Of a stretch of 64,000 nucleotides of DNA, positions 52,812 to 63,294 are shown piece by piece; within the stretch, counting starts at the first letter, position 1, and every line of letters starts with the position of its first letter. A model generated the notes under the pieces. It ran no database searches, had not been told where the DNA came from, and was given only the letters and a program-made list of their open reading frames with translations. Made by a program: the position numbers and the translations under genes. Origin of the DNA: an uncultured Gemmatimonadales bacterium. GTDB taxonomy: Bacteria; Gemmatimonadota; Gemmatimonadetes; Longimicrobiales; RSA9. The stretch is from positions 320,001 through 384,000 of the forward strand of contig CAWCRS010000002.1 of assembly GCA_963798085.1 (NCBI GenBank), in the 5' to 3' direction.

Positions 52812-53774
52812 CTACGGATCCCGGAAGAGCACGCTGATGCTTTCGCGAGCGTGGATCCGTCGGATCGCCTCGGCAAAAAGGGGCGCAACCGAAACAATCT
52901 CAATGCGGTCGATCAGCGGCTCCGGCTGTGTCTCGACCGAATCGGTGATCAATACGGACGCGATCCTGCTGCGGGCGAGACGACTCATGGCTCCCGTCGC
53001 GAACACGCCATGCGACAAGGCCACATGCACTTCCCGTGCTCCTCGATCCAGGAGCTTCTCCGCCACTTCACACAGCGTACCGCCCGAGATTGAAAAGTCA
53101 TCAACGACCAGGGCGGTTTTGTCCATCACATCCCCTATGATCTCGAGCACCTCGGCATGCTCGGCATGGTCAACGCGCTCCTTGTCCGCAATGGCCAACG
53201 GCGCTCCCAGGGCCGTAGCAAATCGTCGAGCCTTCTTGGCGAAGCCTGCATCCGGCGAAACCACGACAGGACTCTTGAACGATTTGGCCCGGATTGCCTC
53301 GCAGAGAACCGGGAGGGCGTAGAGATCATCCACCGGCACACGAAAGAAGCCCTGGATCTGCGGAGCGTGCAAGTCCAGGGTCACAACTCGGTCGACGCCT
53401 GCTGCTTCGATTGCGTCGGCGCACACTCGAGCCCGGATCGACACGCGAGGCTCGTCCTTCTTGTCGCCCTTCGCGTAACTGAAGTAGGGGACGATCGCCG
53501 TGACCGATTCGGCACTGGCCCGCTTGAGCGCGTCGATCCAGAAGAGGAGCTCGACAAGATTGTCATTTACCGGGAAGGCGGTGGACTGAACAATGTAGAC
53601 GTGACGACCGCGGACATTCTCGTTGACGCGGACGAACAGGTTGCCTTCGGAGAAGCGTGTGACTTCACAGTCGCCGGGCGGAACGCGGAGGTGTTCGCAG
53701 ATCGCCTTCGTCAGCCGACGACTGCCGCTGCCGCCGAAGATTATCGGGTCATCAATGCCACACACGCTTGTCAC
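52812..53774 (-). CDS. prs: Ribose-phosphate pyrophosphokinase, divergent paralog
   Basis: FSEG, ENVRG, DLHAPQIQGFF, VVSPDAG, VVDD...GGT, SHGVF. Confidence 0.85.
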   Translation of the reverse strand: MTSVCGIDDPIIFGGSGSRRLTKAICEHLRVPPGDCEVTRFSEGNLFVRVNENVRGRHVYIVQSTAFPVNDNLVELLFWIDALKRASAESVTAIVPYFSYAKGDKKDEPRVSIRARVCADAIEAAGVDRVVTLDLHAPQIQGFFRVPVDDLYALPVLCEAIRAKSFKSPVVVSPDAGFAKKARRFATALGAPLAIADKERVDHAEHAEVLEIIGDVMDKTALVVDDFSISGGTLCEVAEKLLDRGAREVHVALSHGVFATGAMSRLARSRIASVLITDSVETQPEPLIDRIEIVSVAPLFAEAIRRIHARESISVLFRDP

Positions 53775-54095
53775 TTGGATCGTGGAATCATGGTGGGCAA
53801 CCGGTCTGCCGGGAAATCTGCACGCACGACCCTCACAGCGTCAACGCTCACGGTGCGCGCTGCTCCTGATTCGCGCCTGGTCTCGAACACCGCATGCCTG
53901 GACGCTGTTGGTTTCCTGTTCGATCTCATTCCGCCGACCGTTGTCGGAGCAGCGACAGTGGTTGGGCACCGCTCCCTCCACAGATCCGGACGTACCGCGC
54001 TACCACATCCGGCTCCAGCTCGGGTCGTGACGGCAACACGACACGGCTCAGGATGAACCCATTTTGCTCGCAGAGCCTGATCGCGCGATCGGTCT

Positions 54096-54616
54096 TCAGC
54101 TCACCGCTTTCTTCACGAGTGCGCCGATCCTGGCCTCTTCAGCGGCGGTCAACTCCTTGAGCGCGAAGCCGGTCGGCCACATGCCGCCTTCGTCGAGGTT
54201 TGCCGCGTCGTTGAAGCCGAACGTCGCGTACCTCGATTTGAACTTCTGCGCGCTTTGGAAGAAGCAGACGACCTTGCCGTCCCTGGCATACGCGGGCATC
54301 CCGTACCAGGTTTTCGGCGAGAGGGCTGGCGCGCTGGCTTTGATGACAGCATGGAGCCGCCTGGCCATGGCCTGATCCGGTCCCTTCATCTCGGCGATCT
54401 TCGCCAGCACCTCGCCTTCCCCGTCCGCCTTGTTCGCGCCCGCGCCGCCGCGCATCTCGCCTTCAGCTCTTGCGCGCGCTCCTTCATCGCATCTCGTTCC
54501 TCGTCCGTAAATCCCCTGGACTTCTTGTTGCTCGCCGTGGTGCTCCTGCGGGACGCTTGCGTTGCCTTCCCCGGGGTGCTTCTGGTGGCCTTCTGCGTCG
54601 ACTTCTTTGGACTCAT
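54096..54616 (-). pseudogene. DUF1801-family protein, frameshifted near 54450
   Basis: '[19 protein letters not shown]' plus '[28 protein letters not shown]'. Confidence 0.8.
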
Positions 54617-55531
54617 CGAGACCTCCTCATACTGACTCGGTTGGAACCCCCGCCGCAGTTCGAATGCGAACCTGCGTTATTCTAACATGCGTCGCCTGCC
54701 AATGAGCAAACCGGATCGGGGACGCGGTTCTCGGCAGGCCAACACCCTTGTACCCCCTGCCTCGCACGAGTCGCCCGGATGCAGGTACCTAACACTGCCT
54801 CATCTGGCACGCGCCGTCCCCAGCTTGGGCCAGGATCATGCGCGTCCTTGTAACCGCTCAGCGGCCATGGCGGTCGTTGGGCCTCTGGACCGCCGACGTT
54901 TCGTGACAGGCGTCATGTTCTGTAAGTCACGCATGCCTGCGAAACCTTGCCGGAGCTCCTCTTGCGGGAGACCGAGGTTCGCAGGCGTCAGGATCCATTC
55001 TCCTCGGCGCCCTCAGGTCCACGGCGCGCTCGGGCTGAATCGTGGCCCGTTCTCGAAATCCAATGTGTACTGGGTTCCGTTGGCGTGATGGCGGTTTCGC
55101 GACGGGTTCGAGCCGCTCGTGGCGCGGGCCGGTCGGCGCACTCCCAAACTACCACCCCGGCCGCCGCGCAGTTGCCGCATCGATGCTGATGAGATCACTT
55201 GCCGCTTTGCGGTGCAGCCCAAATTGAGTCGAACCTTCACCGTGGAGCAAGAAGGGAGCGACGTCACCTTCCAACGATCGAAGCGACATCGCCATTTGAC
55301 CGTTCATGCATTCCGCACATCACTGCGGAATCTGAATCCGCTGCTACAGTACAGCGATTGGGCCACACAAATCGGTTAATGTCCTCGTGGGCGGAGATCC
55401 TATTGAGAAATGACCTCAGGATTCGGGGGATGAGCGCAATGGAGGGGGCATTAAAGGGAGCCGGGCACCCACACGCTTGACTTCCAGTCCCCTCGCCGGC
55501 AACGTTGCCGGGTGCGCCCGGGGCGCCCGCG

Positions 55532-55610
55532 GGTCCGCGCGAAGGACTGAGTCCACCCCCTGAATCGAGTTCATGGCACGGCTGTCTCCGTGCTGGCCGG
55601 CTTGCGGACC
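55532..55610 (+). ncRNA. Candidate cis-regulatory RNA leader, copy 3
   Basis: GGTCCGC/GCGGACC closing stem; GAA-GGAC-TGA-GTCC-ACCC; TGAA-TCGAG-TTCA and GCACGG-CTGTCT-CCGTGC hairpins. Confidence 0.75.
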
Positions 55611-55634
55611 GCTGGCTCTCAGCATGGAGGAACT

Positions 55635-57213
55635 ATGACAGCCAGGCAGCTGCCGTCCCGCCCCAGCCTCGACCAGCTCAAGCGGCTGGCGAAGGACCTG
55701 CTCCGCGACGCTCGCGCGAAAGACCTCGGCGCCCTCAGTCGCTTCCGCACCCTTCCGGCGTACGCCGCCACATCCGATGCCGCGCTCACCCGCGCGCCGC
55801 TCGCACTGCACGACGCGCAGTCAGTGATTGCCCGCGAGCACGGCTTCACATCATGGAACGAACTGCGTGAGCATGTCGAGGCGCTGACACTCGCGTTCGA
55901 TGCCGCCGTCGTCCAGTTCATCGAGGCGGCCACCGACGGCCGCACCGAGCGCGCGGAACGACTCCTCGCGCTGCACCCCGGTATTGCGCGCGCGAGCTTT
56001 CACACAGCGCTCCTCCTCGGCGACGCGGCAACGGCCGTGGCGCAGCTCGCCACGCAGCCCACGCTCGCCACCTCCCCGGCGGGCCGCGCGCGTGGGAGCC
56101 GCTCCTCTACGTCTGCCACACTCCGCGGCGCACGACAATGAAATGCGACGCGAGGGACTCGTCGTCATCGCGCGACGCCTCATCGCCCTCGGCGCAGATC
56201 CTGACACGCGGTTTCCGTGGCTCCACCACGGCGTGCACCGCCCCGTGCTGTGGGGTGCTGCTCGCATGACGCGCGTCCTGCCACTCGTGGAGCTGCTGCT
56301 CGACGCGGGAGCGGATCCCGAACGATGGCGTCACGCTGCCGCTCCGGTGGGCGCGGGCGACATCCCCGTACTCGAGCGACTCGTCGCGCACGGCGCCGAC
56401 GTGAATCAGCCCTGGGCCACGGACGGCGCAGCGTCGCTCTATGCGGCGCTCACCTGGGCGGGCACGTCGGACGGCGCGCACTGGCTGCTGCAGCATGGCG
56501 CGGATCCCGATCCGGTCTTTGCCGCGAATGGTGAGACGCCGCTGCACGTGGTGGCGCGCAGCTGGGACGTGTCGCTTGCCGATGCCCTCGTGAGCAACGG
56601 CGCCAATGTGTCGCGCCGGTCCGCAGCCGGCCGCACGCCCTACGCGGTCGCGGAGCTGGCAGGCAATCGCGCCGTCGCCGAGTGGTTGCTCGCGCACGGC
56701 GCGTCACCCGAGTTGTCCGCCGTGGACAGGCTCGTCGCCTCGTGCAGTCGCGGCGACCGTGCGGCCGCCGAGGCAATGCTCGCCGCCCGCCCCGCGCTCC
56801 GCGACGAGATCGGCGACGAGCATTACAACGTGCTCTACCAGGCGGCGGAGCGCGGCGACACATGGCGCTCGAGGCGATGCTGGCGTGCGGTTTCGACACG
56901 AACCGCCCTGACGCGTCGATCGGCAAGACAGCGCTCCACGTGGCCGCAATGGAAGGCTGGCCGGACGCGGTTCGTGTTCTGCTCGCGCACGGAGCATCGG
57001 TGTCCGCGCGCGATCGCGAATTCCACGGCCAGCCGCTCGATATGGGCGGCCGAGGGATCACGCAACGCGCGCGAGGGTCGCGATCACGCGGCGGTCGCGC
57101 GGCTGCTGCTGGACGCGGGCTCACCGGTCGACTGGGAGACGGGAGCGGAGCCGGCGGAGGGCATCGTCGATATCATCGCTGCGTGGAGCGAAATGGAGCC
57201 CGCCGGGCTGTAA
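55635..57213 (+). pseudogene. Ankyrin-repeat protein with the conserved N-terminal domain; several frameshifts
   Basis: LPSRPSLDQLKRLAK...AQSVIAREHGFTSW; ANK motifs GETPLHVVA and KTALHVAA split over ORFs 55590, 55900 and 56682. Confidence 0.8.
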
Positions 57214-57595
57214 GCGTGCGTTAGGTTACGCGCAACCGCAGGGCCGATCGCAGCGGAAGTGTAGTGGATGCTCGTGGCGGCGAACGGTGATGATCGCGGG
57301 TTGCGGATGCGAAGCGCTCCCGATCATCGCCGGCGCTGCTGCAAGCGCGCGTTTCGTTGCGCTCAGTGGCCCAATCCCTGTGGACGAGCAACGTCTCCGC
57401 AATGAGCGTGGTCGTACGATTGGTCGATTCGTGCACTTGTGAGCAGGTGGCGTGTTGCGAGCGATACATGACCATCGCCATCGGCAATCCCTGAATCGTC
57501 CAGTCCGTTGATCGCAGCCCGGGTCTAACGCGGGCACGCATGGCTCTGACTTGGTCAGGCAAGCCGGATACTCCACTGCGTGACGTGTATCCACA

Positions 57596-58516
57596 TCACA
57601 CATAATCCTCGGCGACAAGCGCGCGTTGAATCGAGATCGCGGCCCGTGCTCCGCTGGCAGCCGCCAGGACCACTTGCTGGGCATGCGTGGTCATGTCGCC
57701 AGCGGCATACACCCCGCGCACGGAGGTCTGTCCATCGTCGTTCACGCGGACGCTTCCGTCATCGGTGTGCTCACAAGCCAATTGTCTTGAAAGATCGCTA
57801 CCAGGACCCTGGGGCGGCCGCACGAACATCGCCCTGCGCTCGAGCACGCAACCATCGGAGAGGACAATCCACTCCAGACCGGATTCGCCCTCCAACCGGA
57901 CAATGCGCTCTTCTCTCAGGCCGATCCCATGACGACTCAGAAAGGCCCGATCGTCGTGATCGAGACCCGCTGGGCCATCCGAGCAGAGAACAAGGTCGCG
58001 GCTCCAACCGAGAAGCAGTCGGGCAAACTCAATGCTCTCCCGTCCACGGCCATAAACTGCGAACGGCGCATCGCGCACCTCCCAACCATGGCAGAAGGGA
58101 CAATGGAGGACGCCCTTCCCCCAGAGGCGATCGATACCTTCGATCGTGGGCAATTCGTCCACCACTCCCGTGGCAAGCAGAACCCGCCTTGCGGATTCAA
58201 TGCTTCCATCGTCCAGCCGCACCATGAAATTCTCGCCTGATCGCTCTATCAGCATGGCCCGTGCGGATGTCATGTGAACGCTCGTGTAGGGGCGTAGCTG
58301 ATCGCGACCGAGGACGAGCAGTTCGAGCGGCGAGGCGCCGTCGCGCGTGAAGAAGCTGTGAGCCGCTGGTGACGGCGCATTGCGCGGAGGTCCACCATCC
58401 AATACCAGGGTGCGCCGCCTCGCGCGACCAAGAACGAGGGCCGCACTCAGGCCTGCGCTGCCGGCACCTACCACAACGACATCCAGCATGACCCTCCTAT
58501 CGATTCGATTTGCCAT
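57596..58516 (-). CDS. NAD(P)/FAD-dependent oxidoreductase (thioredoxin reductase-like)
   Basis: VGAGSAG, LLATG, HCPFCHGWE, TSVRGVYAAGD. Confidence 0.9.
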   Translation of the reverse strand: MANRIDRRVMLDVVVVGAGSAGLSAALVLGRARRRTLVLDGGPPRNAPSPAAHSFFTRDGASPLELLVLGRDQLRPYTSVHMTSARAMLIERSGENFMVRLDDGSIESARRVLLATGVVDELPTIEGIDRLWGKGVLHCPFCHGWEVRDAPFAVYGRGRESIEFARLLLGWSRDLVLCSDGPAGLDHDDRAFLSRHGIGLREERIVRLEGESGLEWIVLSDGCVLERRAMFVRPPQGPGSDLSRQLACEHTDDGSVRVNDDGQTSVRGVYAAGDMTTHAQQVVLAAASGARAAISIQRALVAEDYV

Positions 58517-58618
58517 GAAACAGCGTTACTTCCAGCAGGCATTCCGTCGACTCCGACGGCGGTGCCGGCCAGCCCTTCAGGACCGGTTTCGACCTGCCTT
58601 CCTGCGACTCGACCGAGC

Positions 58619-58645
58619 TATTGCAAACGCATGGAGATTGCAATA
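58619..58645. promoter_or_regulatory. Inverted repeat, possible operator of the oxidoreductase gene
   Basis: TATTGCAA-N11-TTGCAATA, AT-rich, ~100 bp upstream of the start. Confidence 0.4.
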
Positions 58646-58858
58646 CGACACGAAGAGGAGCTCGCCGCCAACGCCCAGGGCCCACGCCGTAACCGAGGTC
58701 GGCGGCAGCCGCTCGCCCCACCGCTGATGCTGGACGCACTCGACGGCGCTCGCCGTCGTTGGAATCAGCGCCAGCCCGCGGTAGATCGAGGAGTCTGTTC
58801 GCATCGACACAGGTGAGTTGGGCGATCTGACAGCGCGTCTGAACTGCGGCGTGGACCG

Positions 58859-59296
58859 TCAGCTTCCCGCGCTCGTTTGGCGCCTGCCCGCAGCGAAGAA
58901 CGCGAAGCCAAGCGAGACGGTTATCGCAACCGCCATGACCAGAGGAATGGCGAAGAAGAACTTCCACACGATCACAGCGTTCACCAGAAAACCGACGCAG
59001 AGAGACGCAATGATTGGACGCAGGGTAATAGTCTGACTCTTTGCCAGGGCCGCCAGCTGCCAGAGGACGACGGCCTGGACAAGGAGATAGCCAGTGATTG
59101 CGACGCCAAAACCGTAGTAAAAGTCCCAGTAGGTTCTCGTCACCCCGGCTGTTTCGAAGTGCTGCGACTTCATTGCCTCCAACACCGCCATCTCGCCCGC
59201 GCCCTGGGCCGGCGTCCAGGGCATGCCCGAGGTGTGACCAGCACAGTAGAGGAGCGTGAGAACCGAGGCGACGCGCAGGAAGATCGAGGGTCTCAA
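58859..59296 (-). CDS. Hypothetical four-TM membrane protein
   Basis: 'AGHT', 'RTYWDFYYGFG', 'KFFFAIP'; TTG start inferred. Confidence 0.65.
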   Translation of the reverse strand: MRPSIFLRVASVLTLLYCAGHTSGMPWTPAQGAGEMAVLEAMKSQHFETAGVTRTYWDFYYGFGVAITGYLLVQAVVLWQLAALAKSQTITLRPIIASLCVGFLVNAVIVWKFFFAIPLVMAVAITVSLGFAFFAAGRRQTSAGS

Positions 59297-59700
59297 AGAG
59301 TTCCCCTGTTTGCCTTTGATGGTCCGCGGAAAGCTGTTCTCGGCCGCCAACACCCGTGTAACCGGCCTCATGACAGGTTGAAGGCGGCGGATGAAATGCC
59401 GCTGCCGCACTATCCTAGGCGGCCTCGCCAGCTCGTGGCAAGGGCCAACGCGGTCCCTGTATCGGCGCGCGGGGTGAGAAGCGGCAGACAACGCTGAACC
59501 CGAGACGGTGCGCGTTGGACGTGTGCCGATCATGGTGGTCGTTCACCATTGGCTGCGACCATTGGTACGTGCTTCTTTCACGGACGGGAGTTCCTGCAGT
59601 CAGGTTGCGTTCTCCTCGGAGCGTGGCCAGCGTGTATCAACCCAATGTTAGAAGCCCGGACGCTGGTTGAGAATCGCGCCATCACTGGACCGCCTGCCTG

Positions 59701-60498
59701 TCACAAGATCAAGCGGATCACCATCCAGATCAACCCGACCAGGAGCACGATGGCCAACGTCGCCAGGGAACCCAGCACGAACCCGAGGCTGATGAGCGAC
59801 AGGCGCACGAGCTTGCGGACATCGGCCTTCAGCTTTGGCGGCACACGGCGACGCTCCTTCAACAGCGGGACGACGGTGCGGAGCAGATCTTCCCGCATGC
59901 TTTCCACATGAATCGTGTGACCGGACGGGTCAGCCAAATGGGCCTGGTCGCTTGAACCAGCCACCACCACTCTGATGATCCCCAACCCCAGTTCCGTGCT
60001 GACGCGCTCCTCCCATTGCTGCCAGCTCTCCTGTGAATGATCCAGCAGGTGAAGCGGCAACCGGATGATGTTCTTGCCGAATAGCACTCGATACCAGACA
60101 CCGTACCAGAAGCCAGCCGACAGCCCGAGGCTCATGAGCAATCCGGTCATCGCGAAATCGGCTTGCTCGCGAAAACGCTGGATCATGCCTGGCCGGTCCT
60201 GGTCCGGTCGAGGCACCAGGAACAGCAACGAGTCCGACTGATTCAGACCCTTCTTGATCAGGTAATCCAGCCCATAGGCCTGCCATGGGGGAACGCGTCG
60301 GCGGCGATCGAACCAGACTTCGAGACCTTCAGCCTCGAGAACTTCGGCAATGGACTCGACGTATTCGCTGTGCTGCCGGGTCTTGTAGGAAAGGAACACC
60401 TGGTTGTGCACGAATTCCCGACGCGAATCGGTTGACACCGTTGTCCGCGTGGAGGCGTTTGCATCGGGTATCACTGGTACCATCGTCGGTTCGTTCAT
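59701..60498 (-). CDS. TIR-domain protein with transmembrane segments
   Basis: VFLSY, LEAEGLEVWFD, GLNQSDSLLFLV, SWQQWE; internal and C-terminal hydrophobic helices. Confidence 0.7.
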   Translation of the reverse strand: MNEPTMVPVIPDANASTRTTVSTDSRREFVHNQVFLSYKTRQHSEYVESIAEVLEAEGLEVWFDRRRRVPPWQAYGLDYLIKKGLNQSDSLLFLVPRPDQDRPGMIQRFREQADFAMTGLLMSLGLSAGFWYGVWYRVLFGKNIIRLPLHLLDHSQESWQQWEERVSTELGLGIIRVVVAGSSDQAHLADPSGHTIHVESMREDLLRTVVPLLKERRRVPPKLKADVRKLVRLSLISLGFVLGSLATLAIVLLVGLIWMVIRLIL

Positions 60499-61382
60499 CC
60501 CCGTATGATGCGCTGATCCTGCTGACTGCGGGTCACTTCGGCAATGGAGTGAGCGTAGTGGCAGTCAGCGTGTGCGGACTCACGACGCGCAGGGCCCCGT
60601 CGCGGCGCAGGCGTGTCCGCGCCCATCACAGGCTACACGCATCGGCCGCTGCGCGGCCCGCCGCGCGAGCGCGCAGCCGGCATGAACTAGCGTGTTAGGT
60701 GATACGGCGAACACCAGATCACCGCTATGTACGTCGGCATCTCGTGACACCACAAGCGTTCGATCAATGGTGGACCAACGTGCTTTGCAATTGGCGACTC
60801 CCGGCTCAATGTCATGCGGAAAACTGATGTGCTGCACGGGGCGGCGCCCTGCTGCGTCGGCTGGCTTCCGGATCGAACGCTATGGCCTGGAAAGAGGCGG
60901 TTCTGATGGCAGCGGACGTGTCGGCGGTTCACGATGTGCCGAAGGCGATCGACAGGGCGGCGCAGGCCTTTGCGCGCCCTTCCAGACCTGCCCGCCTCGG
61001 CCACTGCGCGGCCGGCGGCCGACAGGCCAACGGTCGTCAAGTGACATGTTAGCTGATGCAGACTGGGGCCCCTGGCAGTCCTGCCATCAAGCATCGGCAT
61101 GCGACGAACCTGCCGAGGTGGATGTCAACGTCCAGACCACGTGTCCACGCACCACGGATGGGCTGCGCACCCCTGCCACCATCCACCCATGTGAGTTGCG
61201 AACACCTCGCCAATACCGCTTTGCCCGGATGATCTGCTCGTCAGTGATAATGTGCAGTTAGACGGCGCCATTGCGAGCCGTACAATGGGTCCGGTGCAGT
61301 TGTCAGAGCGATCGCACGGAGCATCATCGAGTGACGCCAGGTGGACGTCGCGCTGGTCAGACGCGTGACCCCGATCATCATG

Positions 61383-61769
61383 CTACGCCTCGCCTCGGCC
61401 CGCGGCCCGCCTGGAACGATATGTCATCCACAGGCCGCGCGCGCACAGGATCATCGTGACCCAGCCCGTTGCGCTGAGCGCGAGCAAAGTCCAGACAAAG
61501 AAGAACCCGCCCGACTTGCCGATGACGATTCCCCGCGAGTGAACGATGATCATACCCGCCGAGAACAAGCCGCCGAAGAACATGATGACATAACCCCAAA
61601 CCCGACCGGAGAGCATGAGCGTTGCGTAGAGCCACAGCGCGAAGACCAGCACCGGAATAGGGTAGAGGTTCGCTCCCTCAGCTTGCCGAATCACGTCGTG
61701 GGTGAAGTGAAGCATCAGAAAAAGCAGCGACAGCAGGGACATGACGGTCAGCGTGACGTTCTGTTTCAT
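61383..61769 (-). CDS. Hypothetical four-TM membrane protein
   Basis: 'LH.THDVIR'; four hydrophobic segments. Confidence 0.65.
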   Translation of the reverse strand: MKQNVTLTVMSLLSLLFLMLHFTHDVIRQAEGANLYPIPVLVFALWLYATLMLSGRVWGYVIMFFGGLFSAGMIIVHSRGIVIGKSGGFFFVWTLLALSATGWVTMILCARGLWMTYRSRRAAGRGEA

Positions 61770-61931
61770 CGTACCGTCCGGCTGAGGTGGATCACCTGTG
61801 AGCGAGCCGTGCGAGAGGCCCGTGCCGTGGTTTCATGCTGGCGGCCGCTGCACCCGGGGATCGCTTGAACGACGGAAGCGCGTGACCCGGCTGGTGAGCT
61901 CCGATCATGCAAGCCAGCCGGTGGCCGGGGC

Positions 61932-62518
61932 TCAACAGACGAACGGGATCAAGCGTTTGCGCTTGCTCATGAACCGGCGGTAGGGTTCGCCGACAACAGC
62001 CAATAGCGCTCGCTCTTCCACGGCGATCCGGTACATGTAGACTGCGGCCAATGGAAGGGTCAGCAGTGCCGCAGACACCCAGCTGCCCAACGCCATTCCG
62101 ATCCCGGCATTCAAGATGATTCCCGCCGTGTACGAGGGGTGGCGCAATCGGGTATACGCGCCACGGCCCACAATCTCTTGTTCTGGCCGGGCTTGCACAT
62201 CCCCCGTGAATGACGAACCGAGCCTGCGCCAACAATGCCTCCGGAAAGGCTCCCCGCTATGAGCAGACCACCCCCGGCATAGAGCGCGACCACTCTGAGG
62301 CCGGTTGGGAATTGCAGGGCCGATACCCACGCGAGGGGAAACAATGCAGGGAAGGCAGGCGACTGGCCGAGCAGCATAACCTGAAGCGACTTCGCATCGG
62401 TAACGCCGTGGGCCCGGCGTGCCCGCTTTATGATGGCACGTTCAGGCCAATAAGCCCACAGGAATACGGCCCAGAACGGCAACGCGTACGGCCAAACGAA
62501 TGGGAGTGGCTTCATGCC
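61932..62518 (-). pseudogene. Isoprenylcysteine carboxyl methyltransferase-family protein, frameshifted near 62250
   Basis: 'GAYTRLRHPSYT', 'RIAVEERAL...YRRF...KRLIP'; N-half in ORF 62111-62545. Confidence 0.8.
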
Positions 62519-62710
62519 TTCCTTCATGGACCCAGCTGCGGTCATGTGCAGCTACCACCCTCGGCCGGTCAAACTTGTACATCAGCCTCAAGCCCGTCAA
62601 CGGCCGCGCGGGTTCATCTCTTGTTGGAGCGCCACGCGCGGGCGCTTGCAGCGTTGCATGACGCCTCGGGGTGCGATCCACGAATCGCGCCCATCCGCCA
62701 ACCGATCCGT

Positions 62711-63294
62711 GTCGGAGGAGAACGGAGGTCGCCCACCGCCCCCTCCACAGATCCGGACGTGCAGGATCACCGCATCCGGCGCCTGCCTCAAGTGGTAACG
62801 CCGAAGCGCACGAGCGGATACCAGGACGGATTGGGTGCCATGTCAGCCGGTTCCTCGGCCTTGTTCGGCGGCTTCTGCGGTGCTACCAGGCTGTCCGACA
62901 ACTCGTGCTCGTTCATCACCGGTGTGTGTCCTTGGACTTCCCGGTGCGGTCTGTAAGAAGCTCACTGGCAGACAAGCACGAGGTCCCGCGGTTCCCACGT
63001 GAGGTGCGTCCATGCATGCACGGGGTCTCTGACCGCGCCGGGTCCCTTCGCGTCTCGCCCAATCGACGCGTCAGGTGTGGCCTTCCGCTTTGCCCGAGAG
63101 CGTCGGCACCCGAATCGCCCGCCATAGGACGGGGAAGCCATTTTCACGGCTCAATACCTGGCCTGCCCTTCCCCTGTCAACGCTTCGCCGCCACCTCACG
63201 AGTGACAACGCATGACGCGGGGCCAATGTGGGTGGCTGCCTTTCAGCGTATGATTCTTTCATTCACAACACTCGACCGGTTTTGACCGGCGCAC
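62711..63294 (-). mobile_element. Internally deleted (ORF-less) group II intron
   Basis: 5' GTGCG at 63294; domain-I-like sequence (GCGAAGCGTTGACAGGGG, ATTGAGCCGTGAAA, GGAAGGC, GAGACCCCGTGCATG, GGGAACC); last IEP codons 'YPLVRFGVTT*'; domain V GGCGCCGGATGCGGTGATCCTGCACGTCCGGATCT; domain VI ending CCGAC at 62711. Confidence 0.88.

Noticed and set aside
63071..63262. ORF 'MKESYAERQPP...'
   Set aside because: Lies within group II intron domain I; a spurious translation of structured RNA.
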